From: an uncultured Pirellulales bacterium
Lineage (GTDB): Bacteria; Planctomycetota; Planctomycetia; Pirellulales; CAYNRE01
Reading direction: 5' to 3'
Assembly: GCA_964461275.1 (NCBI GenBank)
Contig: CAYWTU010000002.1
Span: 1 to 24,927 of the forward strand
DNA length: 24,927 bases
Shown here: positions 1-7,439 of the stretch, one piece after another
Position numbering within the stretch: position 1 is the first letter of the stretch
How the letters are laid out: each line of letters opens with the position of its first letter
Position numbers and translations under genes: made by a program
The notes under the pieces: model-generated
Told to the model about the DNA's origin: nothing
The model's input: the letters and a program-made list of their open reading frames with translations, nothing else
Databases searched by the model: none

Positions 1-11
1 GGCGGTCGTTC

Positions 12-611
12 ATGCGGAATAGCCGTTCGCACTACTTTCGCCGCGCGAGAATTGCCGTCGCCTGGCTCGTGGCCTTGGCGACGTTGATGGGCGGATGGCT
101 CGTGGGGACCATTCAACCTTGGGTTTTGCGGAGACAGGGGTTGGGCCGGTCGAGTATGCACTGGAGCGTCATGCCGGACGGCAGGGTGTGGGGACTCGCT
201 TGTCAGAACGGCTACCTAGCTGTGCTGGAAACACTTGATCGTCCCAGCGCGTTGCAAGTACGGATCACGAAGTGGTCCGAACCAGACGCCTGGAAGGTGC
301 AACTGGTTCGAGGCCCCGTGGCGATCGACGCAGGTCAACGTTACGTGGTGAGATTCCGGATTCGGGCCGAGGCGACGCGGCCATTCAATCTGTTTGTGGC
401 CCGTCCGTCGACCCCCGTCGGCCAACGTCCGCTTTCCTACCGTGGCGAAGCGTCGCAGGAGTGGCAAAACGCGACATTGACCTTCACGACCGAAGAAACA
501 TTGGCCGATGCGCAATTGTGTTTCGAGCTGGGCGAGAGTTCGGCCACGGTCGAACTGGAAGACGTCGAGCTGACGGCAGATGTAGACGAGGGCCCAAGCG
601 AGGACCGCTAG
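12..611 (+). CDS. Membrane-anchored protein with carbohydrate-binding module (CBM4/9-like) domain; may extend 5' beyond the window
   Basis: Basic N-terminus plus hydrophobic helix (IAVAWLVALATLMGGWLVG), then a beta-rich segment (WKVQL..GPVAIDAGQRYVVRFRIRAEATR..EWQNATLTFTT..LCFELGESSATVELEDVEL) typical of CBM_4_9. There is no in-frame stop upstream of the ATG within the window. Confidence 0.6.
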   Translation: MRNSRSHYFRRARIAVAWLVALATLMGGWLVGTIQPWVLRRQGLGRSSMHWSVMPDGRVWGLACQNGYLAVLETLDRPSALQVRITKWSEPDAWKVQLVRGPVAIDAGQRYVVRFRIRAEATRPFNLFVARPSTPVGQRPLSYRGEASQEWQNATLTFTTEETLADAQLCFELGESSATVELEDVELTADVDEGPSEDR

Positions 612-677
612 CAGTGCTAGTGTCCTTGCCGCAGACTGCCGTTTGGTGGATATCGGCGGCCGACTACAATCGCGGCC

Positions 678-2102
678 GTGATGAACGCCGATCGCACTCG
701 CTGGGGACTGGCGCTGCTGTTTTTCCTCGCGGTGGCGTTGCGTCTGACAACGGTAGGATTGGTGTTCGATGCCGATCGGCCGGCGCCCGCCTTCGAACAT
801 GGCGAGATTGCCCGCAACCTGATCGCTGGCCGCGGGTTTCGCGTGTGGTTTTTGGGACAGGAGGGCCCGACGTCTCAGCAAGCGCCGCTCTTTCCGGCGC
901 TGCTTGGCGCTTGTTATCGGCTCTGCGGCCCTGAAACGGCGGCGTCTGTATGGATCATGCAAGGACTTCAGTGCCTGGCCGGCGGCGTATTGGCGCTGCT
1001 GGTGGTTCGGCTGGCGTGGCGACTGCTGCCCAACGAGCCCCACGTCGGTTGGTGCGCCGGACTGTGGGCGGCCTGTGACCCAGCCCAAGTGTACCTGGTG
1101 ACTCACTTGCAGGTGGCGGTTTGGGCGGCACTCTCGCTCACCGCCACGACGTACGCGGCGCTGGGGCCGTGGACCCAAAGCCGTGCCCGCGGTGCGGCGT
1201 TGGGCGCTGGGGCGGGGGTCATGCTGTTGATCGAACCGATTTATGCGATCGTCTTGCCGGGGCTTGCCCTGGCAGCGTGGCTTCGAGCCGGCCGAACTCG
1301 CCAAATCATCCCTGCCGGGCTAGCGGCGGCGCTGACCTTGGCCGTGGTGCTTTCGCCGTGGCTGATCCGCAATCGGCTTGTGCATGGCGAGTGGGTGTTT
1401 GTGAAGTCGACTTTCGGCTATGCCCTTTGGCAAGGGAACAATCCGCTCAGCCACGGTACCGACAAGATCCCCAAGCCCTCCGCCACGGCCCTGCTTGGCG
1501 AGCACGATGGATCGCTTCGCGGTCAACATGCGGCCGGATGGGCAGCCCGCCGCGAGACACTGTACATCGACGACGCGCTCCTGAAGCCCAGCAGCTACTG
1601 CGATTTCGCCGGGCTGAGCGAACCGCGACGTTCGGCGCTGCTTGGCGAGCGCGCCGGACAGTTCATTCGCCAGCATCGCGCCGACTATCTGCGTTTGTGC
1701 GGCCGGCGTCTGCGCTATTTCCTGCTTTTCGACGAGACGAACCCGAAGGCGTCCCATCCGGTGTTTCGTGCTTCGACCGTGGTCTGGCTGACGCTGACGA
1801 GCGTGGGCCTGTTGGCAACGGGGCGGCGCTGGCGGGCGCTGTGGCCGTTGGCGGCGACGTTTACGACGATACTGGCCTTTCACTGTTTGACCATCACTTC
1901 GGTCCGATTTCGCCTGGCCGCGCAGCCGCTGGCATTTGCCTTCACCGCGCTGGCGGTCGCGCCGCCGCTGGTGCGGATTGGGAACCGGGCCCGCACGGCG
2001 TGGGAAAACGCCGCGCGGCGGTCGTCGGCGGCAACGGTGGTGATCGGCCTACGCAATTCCCCGCGCGACGTCGCCGCCCAGGCCCGCGACCGGGCGGCGT
2101 AG
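678..2102 (+). CDS. Glycosyltransferase family 39 / PMT-ArnT-like (GT-C) integral membrane protein
   Basis: 474 aa with many TM helices. Motifs: FEHGEIARNLIAGRGF, PLFPALLG, PWLIRNRLVHGEWVFVKSTFGYALWQGNNP and C-terminal RFRL, all typical of bacterial PMT_2-like GT-C enzymes. Confidence 0.8.
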   Translation: MMNADRTRWGLALLFFLAVALRLTTVGLVFDADRPAPAFEHGEIARNLIAGRGFRVWFLGQEGPTSQQAPLFPALLGACYRLCGPETAASVWIMQGLQCLAGGVLALLVVRLAWRLLPNEPHVGWCAGLWAACDPAQVYLVTHLQVAVWAALSLTATTYAALGPWTQSRARGAALGAGAGVMLLIEPIYAIVLPGLALAAWLRAGRTRQIIPAGLAAALTLAVVLSPWLIRNRLVHGEWVFVKSTFGYALWQGNNPLSHGTDKIPKPSATALLGEHDGSLRGQHAAGWAARRETLYIDDALLKPSSYCDFAGLSEPRRSALLGERAGQFIRQHRADYLRLCGRRLRYFLLFDETNPKASHPVFRASTVVWLTLTSVGLLATGRRWRALWPLAATFTTILAFHCLTITSVRFRLAAQPLAFAFTALAVAPPLVRIGNRARTAWENAARRSSAATVVIGLRNSPRDVAAQARDRAA

Positions 2103-2153
2103 TGGGGCCAGTCGAAACGATTTCGATGCTTATAGTTCACTTTGGTCAGACGC

Positions 2154-2181
2154 TTGACGCCCCGGGCCCGTCTGCAAGAAT
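2154..2181 (+). promoter_or_regulatory. Putative sigma70-type promoter for the 2275-3216 gene
   Basis: TTGACG (2154-2159), 16-nt spacer, AAGAAT (2176-2181) preceded by TGc (extended -10). Confidence 0.3.
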
Positions 2182-2274
2182 TCGGCGGTTCGGCCTGGCG
2201 CCATGCCGCCGGCCGAGGTCTGCACAACGTATCCAATACACGGCGACAGCGCAGCGCCGCGGAGCCTACCGATT

Positions 2275-3216
2275 ATGAACGAACAAGAACGCTGGATCAT
2301 CTACCCGCTGCTGGTGATGCTCGTCCTGATGCAGGTCAAGGACAAGGTGCTGGGCGGTTTTCGATCGCCCCGCGTGATGTGTCAGGAATTGGTAATTGAA
2401 GGTCCGAACAAGGAAAGGGCAGCGGCACTGCAACTGTCCACGTCCGGCGGATCGCTGGCGCTTTACAATAACAAAGGCCAGGTGGCTGCCCAGATCGCAC
2501 CGGACGAAAAAGGAAACGGTACGCTGGCGCTGATGGCCGAAGGCAAGCCCCACACGTCGTGCGAAACGATCACCGATAAGCAGAAAGACGTGACGCTGGG
2601 AGGCATCGTGCGGATCCACAACGCCGAAGGCAAGGTCGTTGCGGCAACATTCGCCAACGAATCGCATGCGGGCGCCTTTGCCACGTACCTGAATGATAAG
2701 CCGCTGACCGTCATCGATTCCGCGTTGCACGGGCCCGAACAGAAACCAGCGGGCGGTCTGATCAAGCTGTACGATTCAAACCAACGTGTGACCGCCGCCA
2801 TGTACACCAGTGAAGACAACTCCGGCAACATCGCCACTTACTGCGAGGAACGCCCGTTGGTGGTGATCGATTCGGTGCATCAAGCCGGACGAATGAGTGT
2901 TTTAGACCGAGGGGTCGACACCACCAAAGCGGCCAAGGTGGTCATCGCCAAGGAGCCCAACGGCTGGGGCGCTGCGTTTGTATTCGGACCCGATGGCATG
3001 CCGCATCCCTTGGCGCACTTCACCGTGCAGCGCGTGGTGCCGGCGGGAACGGGCGTGTCGCCGGTCGACCCCAACACGCCGCTCGTGCCGCAGAAGCCGC
3101 CTGCCGAGCCTCCCGCGCCAACAGACGCTGCACCAACTGACGGAGCACCCCCGGCGGACGCCGCGCCCGCAGGCGCGTCCCCTCCCACGCCCGAGACGAA
3201 GCCCGAGGGGGAGTGA
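2275..3216 (+). CDS. Hypothetical membrane-anchored protein with three 51-aa beta-rich repeats and a Pro/Ala-rich tail (313 aa)
   Basis: Start moved to ATG 2275 (MNEQERWIIYPLLVMLVLMQ, a single TM helix). GG-x-(L/I)-x-(L/I)-Y/H units begin at 2446, 2599 and 2752. The C-terminus is low-complexity PPAEPPAPTDAAP. Confidence 0.75.
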   Translation: MNEQERWIIYPLLVMLVLMQVKDKVLGGFRSPRVMCQELVIEGPNKERAAALQLSTSGGSLALYNNKGQVAAQIAPDEKGNGTLALMAEGKPHTSCETITDKQKDVTLGGIVRIHNAEGKVVAATFANESHAGAFATYLNDKPLTVIDSALHGPEQKPAGGLIKLYDSNQRVTAAMYTSEDNSGNIATYCEERPLVVIDSVHQAGRMSVLDRGVDTTKAAKVVIAKEPNGWGAAFVFGPDGMPHPLAHFTVQRVVPAGTGVSPVDPNTPLVPQKPPAEPPAPTDAAPTDGAPPADAAPAGASPPTPETKPEGE

Positions 3217-3324
3217 CGTGCAGCGCGGACCATTCGCAACTGGTTTGGCCGGGACGCGATGATTCCATCCTTCATCACCGGCGGCCGCCAGTGTCTTTAT
3301 TCAGCGCGGACGGGCACGCCGCCG

Positions 3325-4266
3325 TTACCCTAACCGTTTACGCCGGAGCGGTTTGCCGGCGTGTTCGCTCATGATGTCGATGAATCGCTGGGCCTGCGGC
3401 GTGAGGAATTTTCCGCGCCGCAGCACCAGGCCGTAGGTGCGGTTGGGGAAGTATTTTCCCAGTGGAATGGCCGCCAGTTTTTCGTGGCCGGTTAAGCAAA
3501 TGTTGGTTACGACCGACACGCCGAGCCCCAACTCGACGTACTTTTTGATCACCTCCCAACCACCCGCCTCCAGGCTGACGTGATACTTGAGCTTGTGCTG
3601 CTCGAACACCAGGTCGACCACGCGCCAGGTCGTCAGGTGGCGCGGCGGCAAGATCAGCGGGTGTTTGGCTACATCGTGAATGGTGACCCGCTTCTTTTTG
3701 GCCAGCGGGTGATCTTCGGCCGTGATGAGAATTGGGTCGTAAACGAACATCGGCCGATAGTCGATGTCCTCGGGGGCCTCAAGCATCGATCCGACGGCGA
3801 AGTCCACTTCGTCGGCCCGCAACATGGCCAGGCCGCTGCGGCCGGTGACGTTGTGCAGCTTGAGTTCGATTCCGGGATAAACGTCGACGAATTGTTTGAC
3901 GAACTGCGGCAGGATGTACAAGATTGTCGATTCGCCGGCCGCCATGTCCAGCCGGCCCGTTTCCACTCCTCCGCGGGCGGCGGCAAACGATTCGTGCAGC
4001 TTATCCATCTGATCCACTAGCGGCGCCGCCAATTCGTACAGCGTCTTGCCGTCGGGCGTGAGCGAAATCTTGGGGCCACGGCGCTCGAACAGCGTGACGT
4101 TTAGTTCCCGCTCCAAGGCCTGCACCTGGAGCGAAACGGAGGGCTGGCTGAGAAACAGCTTTTCAGCCGCCTTGGAGATGTTGCCGGCCTGCGCGGCGTA
4201 ACAAAAACCGCGAAGTTGCTGCAGCCGATTTTGCTTGTAGTACTGCAATTGGGAGGCGCGAGCCAT
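3325..4266 (-). CDS. LysR-family transcriptional regulator (CysB/Cbl/CysL-like effector domain)
   Basis: N-terminal wHTH (LQQLRGFCYAAQAGNISKAAEKLFLSQPSVSLQVQALERELNVTLFER) and LysR substrate-binding domain (EVIKKYVELGLGVSVV); 313 aa. Confidence 0.95.
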   Translation of the reverse strand: MARASQLQYYKQNRLQQLRGFCYAAQAGNISKAAEKLFLSQPSVSLQVQALERELNVTLFERRGPKISLTPDGKTLYELAAPLVDQMDKLHESFAAARGGVETGRLDMAAGESTILYILPQFVKQFVDVYPGIELKLHNVTGRSGLAMLRADEVDFAVGSMLEAPEDIDYRPMFVYDPILITAEDHPLAKKKRVTIHDVAKHPLILPPRHLTTWRVVDLVFEQHKLKYHVSLEAGGWEVIKKYVELGLGVSVVTNICLTGHEKLAAIPLGKYFPNRTYGLVLRRGKFLTPQAQRFIDIMSEHAGKPLRRKRLG

Positions 4267-4412
4267 TTTCTAGGCCTTTTTTTAGCGAATGCGCAGCGCG
4301 GGGAAGTGAGCCCGTTAACGGCCGTGCGCCAGCGACAACGGAAAAACACCCGGTAAATCGGGACGTTGGACGTTGTCGCAGAGCATAGCGCCGACCAATA
4401 CAGATTATTTAA

Positions 4413-4429
4413 TGCATTGCATCAATGCA
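4413..4429. promoter_or_regulatory. Putative LysR binding site (7-3-7 inverted repeat)
   Basis: TGCATTG-CAT-CAATGCA is a perfect dyad containing T-N11-A (T4417/A4429), in an AT-rich patch upstream of the LysR gene. Confidence 0.55.
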
Positions 4430-4449
4430 AACTATTGAAGTAATTAACG

Positions 4450-4477
4450 TTGTCAATGGTGGGCCGGCTGCTACGAT
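4450..4477 (+). promoter_or_regulatory. Putative sigma70 promoter divergent from LysR
   Basis: TTGTCA (4450-4455), 16-nt spacer, TACGAT (4472-4477). Confidence 0.4.
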
Positions 4478-4483
4478 GACCAC

Positions 4484-4595
4484 AGAAGACGCACGCGGTC
4501 GGAATACTTGCCCGTGCCGTCCATTTTCGACCACCGCCTGACCCGGGGCCGCGTCCACCCCACACCCCCAAAGCGGCCCCGGGTCTCTTCTTTTC
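4484..4595 (+). ncRNA. Candidate ~110-nt small RNA divergent from LysR
   Basis: Lies between the putative promoter and a + strand intrinsic terminator. It has a 5' hairpin (4497-4504/4525-4532, with a G-U pair) and a terminator hairpin with a 20-nt C-rich loop. No convincing protein gene lies on this strand. Confidence 0.4.
4540..4595 (+). terminator. Rho-independent terminator (+ polarity)
   Basis: 13-bp perfect stem GACCCGGGGCCGC (4540-4552) / GCGGCCCCGGGTC (4573-4585) followed by TCTTCTTTTC. There is no U-tract on the minus-strand side. Confidence 0.65.
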
Positions 4596-4645
4596 GTCAG
4601 GCTCGCCCCATTCGCGCATGACGGTGGGTCGCCTGCGGGCCAGAT

Positions 4646-6211
4646 TCACGCCAAGAACCGCCTCAAGACGTTGCCGGTGATCCGGGACGTAATGGAGTCG
4701 ATCAAGAGACCTGTTGGGTAGGTGATCGACCCGGCCGAGAACACCGCGCCTCCGCCCGACGTCTCGAACGCGACCATTTCGGCGCCGCCGCCGGCGGGAT
4801 TGAGTCCGCGCGCCAGCAGCTCCGTTTGCGGCGGCGAACTGCCGCTGCGCTTGTCGGTCTCGTGACCGGAGGCGCCGTCGCCGTAGCGCTGGTGCAGTAT
4901 CCGCTCGCCGAACACCTCCCCTTGCGCCAGGCCCGTGCCTGCGAACGCCCAGTGCCCGGGGTTCAAACACTCATAGGGAGCGCAGGTCATAGCGCCCGGG
5001 TCGGAGTAGACGACCCCCAGCAGATTGGCCTCCGATTCGACGTGCGTATGGAAGCGGCTGTCGAGCGCATGGTCCCAACGAGTGACGCAGCGCATCGCCC
5101 CGTCGGGCAGGAGTTCGACCACGCAATTGACCCCATTGCCCCCCAGGTACACCAGGCGACCTCCGCGCTCGAATACCCAGCGTTTGACCTTCCAGTACAT
5201 CTGGGCCGACCAGTATTCGGGGTGCACGCTGAGAACCAGCGCCTGATACCTGTCCAAGTCAAGTGTACCGACGTGCAACTGGGCGTCGGCGTACAAGTCG
5301 TAAGCGAATCCTTCTCGCTCCAGCCAGGCGAACAGCCGCCACTCGGCCGGGGCCAGCGCACATTCCATCCGTCCCTCGATCGGGTCGGTGCACTCTTCGT
5401 CCGGCCGGATCTGATTCCGCGGTTCGGGCCGATCGAACGACAGCGGGTCGTAATTTTCGGCGTTCCACTCTCCGTATTCCGCCAGCTTGTATCGCGGCAG
5501 GTCGGTTTTCGAGTTCACCACAGGCCGGTCGAGCATGCGCGAGGCCAGGATGTAGTTCGACCGACCGCCGAACGGATTGTAAGCGTTCCAGGTATTCGTC
5601 GAGGCCAACACCGCCAGCCGGCTTTGGGGCTCTTGCGGCGCGACCACCAGTGGGAACGAACACCACGCTCCCGAGTCGCCGCGAGCCTGAAAATAATATA
5701 AGCCGCTTTGTGTCGGCGCCTGGATGCACTGTTGGTGCACGCCGGCGGCGCCGTTGTCCCACCGCACGCCCGTCTCAACGAAATGCTGATCCGGCAGCGT
5801 TTGCATCACCGCCCGAGGGCCGTGGTTGTCGTACCAGCCGACGTTGCGAATGAACTGTCGCGCGTAGCCGTATCGCCAGAGCCCCAGCTTGTAGGGCTCA
5901 ACCGAGTGCATGCGCCACTCGACCCGTTGGTCGCCGCTGGTCCATTTCGGCCAGGCGTAGCCCAACATCCGATCGGACAGCAGGCGGAACTGGTAGGGCG
6001 GTCGCGCTGCGTCCACGGCCACCTGGATGCGTTTCGATCCGTACCCCGGCTTGGCCAAGACAATTTCGCAGGGGCCTGCCAACTGTTCGACATAGACGCC
6101 GCCGCTAGGGGCCGAACGCACGACTTGCGGCGAACCTTGGGCGGGGATCAACTCGACAGCCACGTCACCCAGCGCAGCATAGTATTCATCGCTAACGTAA
6201 CCGAGGAGCAT
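4646..6211 (-). CDS. N,N-dimethylformamidase beta (large) subunit family protein with N-terminal carboxypeptidase-regulatory-like beta-sandwich
   Basis: Motifs: SGLYYFQA, LAVLASTNTWNAYNPFGGRSNY, WLEREGFAYDLYAD, LSVHPEYWSAQMY, GGRLVYLGGN, GHETD and GGAVFSAGSI, matching the DMFase large-subunit C-terminal domain. Confidence 0.8.
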   Translation of the reverse strand: MLLGYVSDEYYAALGDVAVELIPAQGSPQVVRSAPSGGVYVEQLAGPCEIVLAKPGYGSKRIQVAVDAARPPYQFRLLSDRMLGYAWPKWTSGDQRVEWRMHSVEPYKLGLWRYGYARQFIRNVGWYDNHGPRAVMQTLPDQHFVETGVRWDNGAAGVHQQCIQAPTQSGLYYFQARGDSGAWCSFPLVVAPQEPQSRLAVLASTNTWNAYNPFGGRSNYILASRMLDRPVVNSKTDLPRYKLAEYGEWNAENYDPLSFDRPEPRNQIRPDEECTDPIEGRMECALAPAEWRLFAWLEREGFAYDLYADAQLHVGTLDLDRYQALVLSVHPEYWSAQMYWKVKRWVFERGGRLVYLGGNGVNCVVELLPDGAMRCVTRWDHALDSRFHTHVESEANLLGVVYSDPGAMTCAPYECLNPGHWAFAGTGLAQGEVFGERILHQRYGDGASGHETDKRSGSSPPQTELLARGLNPAGGGAEMVAFETSGGGAVFSAGSITYPTGLLIDSITSRITGNVLRRFLA

Positions 6212-6306
6212 GGGGCGTCACGTTGGTTAGGGAAACGGGGGCGGTAGCGATTTCGAGTTGCTGCGCGATGCGAGAGACAACGAATCCTCGCCGGCCGGTC
6301 GTCTGG

Positions 6307-7392
6307 TTAGCTCAAGAACTCCACCTGGTCATCGGCAAACCCGGCCGTACACACCGCAACGCCATCGCGGTTCTTGGCCGGAACAACCAGCAGCGACGCG
6401 ACGCCCGGGTGTTGCCGACAAAAGTCGGCCGCGAATTCAGTGCCTTGGCAGTAGAACGCCGTGGCCAAGGCGTCGGCGTCGGCGGCCGACGGCGCCATGA
6501 CCGTCGCCGACAGCGCACCGTCGGCGGGCCAACCGGTGCGCGGATCGAGGATATGCCCCAGGCGGCGTCCGTTATACCGCAGAAACTGCACGCCGCTGCC
6601 GGAAGTGCCCAGCGCCGCGTTGCGGAGTCGAATCATGGCCAACCGTCGCTGCGGACGCATCGGATCGCGCACTGCAATGGGCCAGCCGTCTGCCTCGTCC
6701 AGCGAACGATTGCCGCGGGCCAGCACGCTGCTTTGTCCACCGTGCAACAAGCAATGATCCACTCCACGTTCCTCCAGCAAGCGTGCGGCCCGGTCCAAGG
6801 CGTACCCTTTGCCGATGGCCCCCAGGTTGAGTTCCATTCCAGGCCGCGCAAAACGGACCTGTTGCGCAGCGGCGTCGAGCACGAGGTGCTGGGAACCGAC
6901 ACAGGTCAGCGCGGCTTGCAACTGAGCGGGGCTCGGTACGGACGCCTGCCGGTGGAAAAACCCCCAGGCCTTGACCAAAGGCCCAGCCGTCACGTCAAAG
7001 GCGCCGTGGGTGTCGCGCCACAGTTGGCTCGCTCGCGTCAGCAACTCGAATAGATTTGCCGCGACCGACACTTCGCCTTCACAGGCAGCGGCATTCAATC
7101 GCGAGACCTCGCTGTTGTCGCGGTAGACGGTCAATTGCGCCTCGAGGGCCTCGACCAGGTCAAGCGCCTCAAGCGCCGCCGCCGTGCCTTCGGCGAAACG
7201 ACCGGCCGACAGTAAGACCTCAAACTCGCAGGCCATGGCCCGGCGAGCGATGCGCAGCAGATAACCGTCGCGGCCGGCAGACCCGCCGGCGACGGGAGAG
7301 CCTTCGATAGCTTCGGTCAAATCCAGCAAGGCCCGCGCGGCAGCCTGGCCCTGCATGAATTCGCGACGATTACTCTTGCTCGGAGCGGCCAT
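6307..7392 (-). CDS. apbE: FAD:protein FMN transferase (ApbE family)
   Basis: Motifs: RRAMACEFEV, SEVSRLN, TxGAFDVTAGPLVKAWGF, ELNLGAIGKGYALD, LGTSGSG, GHILDPRTGWP and ADADALATAF. Confidence 0.93.
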   Translation of the reverse strand: MAAPSKSNRREFMQGQAAARALLDLTEAIEGSPVAGGSAGRDGYLLRIARRAMACEFEVLLSAGRFAEGTAAALEALDLVEALEAQLTVYRDNSEVSRLNAAACEGEVSVAANLFELLTRASQLWRDTHGAFDVTAGPLVKAWGFFHRQASVPSPAQLQAALTCVGSQHLVLDAAAQQVRFARPGMELNLGAIGKGYALDRAARLLEERGVDHCLLHGGQSSVLARGNRSLDEADGWPIAVRDPMRPQRRLAMIRLRNAALGTSGSGVQFLRYNGRRLGHILDPRTGWPADGALSATVMAPSAADADALATAFYCQGTEFAADFCRQHPGVASLLVVPAKNRDGVAVCTAGFADDQVEFLS

Positions 7393-7400
7393 TGTGGTCC

Positions 7401-7406
7401 ATTATA
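7401..7406 (-). promoter_or_regulatory. Perfect -10 hexamer immediately upstream of apbE (possible leaderless mRNA)
   Basis: TATAAT on the minus strand, 8 nt upstream of the apbE ATG. There is no SD sequence and no consensus -35. Confidence 0.4.
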
Positions 7407-7439
7407 CCGGGCCTGGGGCGAAGTTTCGGGACGGCGACA

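Noticed and set aside
216-2278. ORFs 216-1304 (-), 272-934 (+) and 1121-2278 (+)
   Set aside because: Arg/Pro/Gly-rich off-frame or antisense translations overlapping better-supported genes.
4476-4541. 21-aa ORF MTTEDARGRNTCPCRPFSTTA ending at the terminator, considered as a Cys-sensing leader peptide
   Set aside because: It has no SD, its ATG overlaps the predicted -10 hexamer (upstream of the predicted TSS), and there is no downstream + strand gene to attenuate. It remains an alternative only if the TSS maps further upstream.
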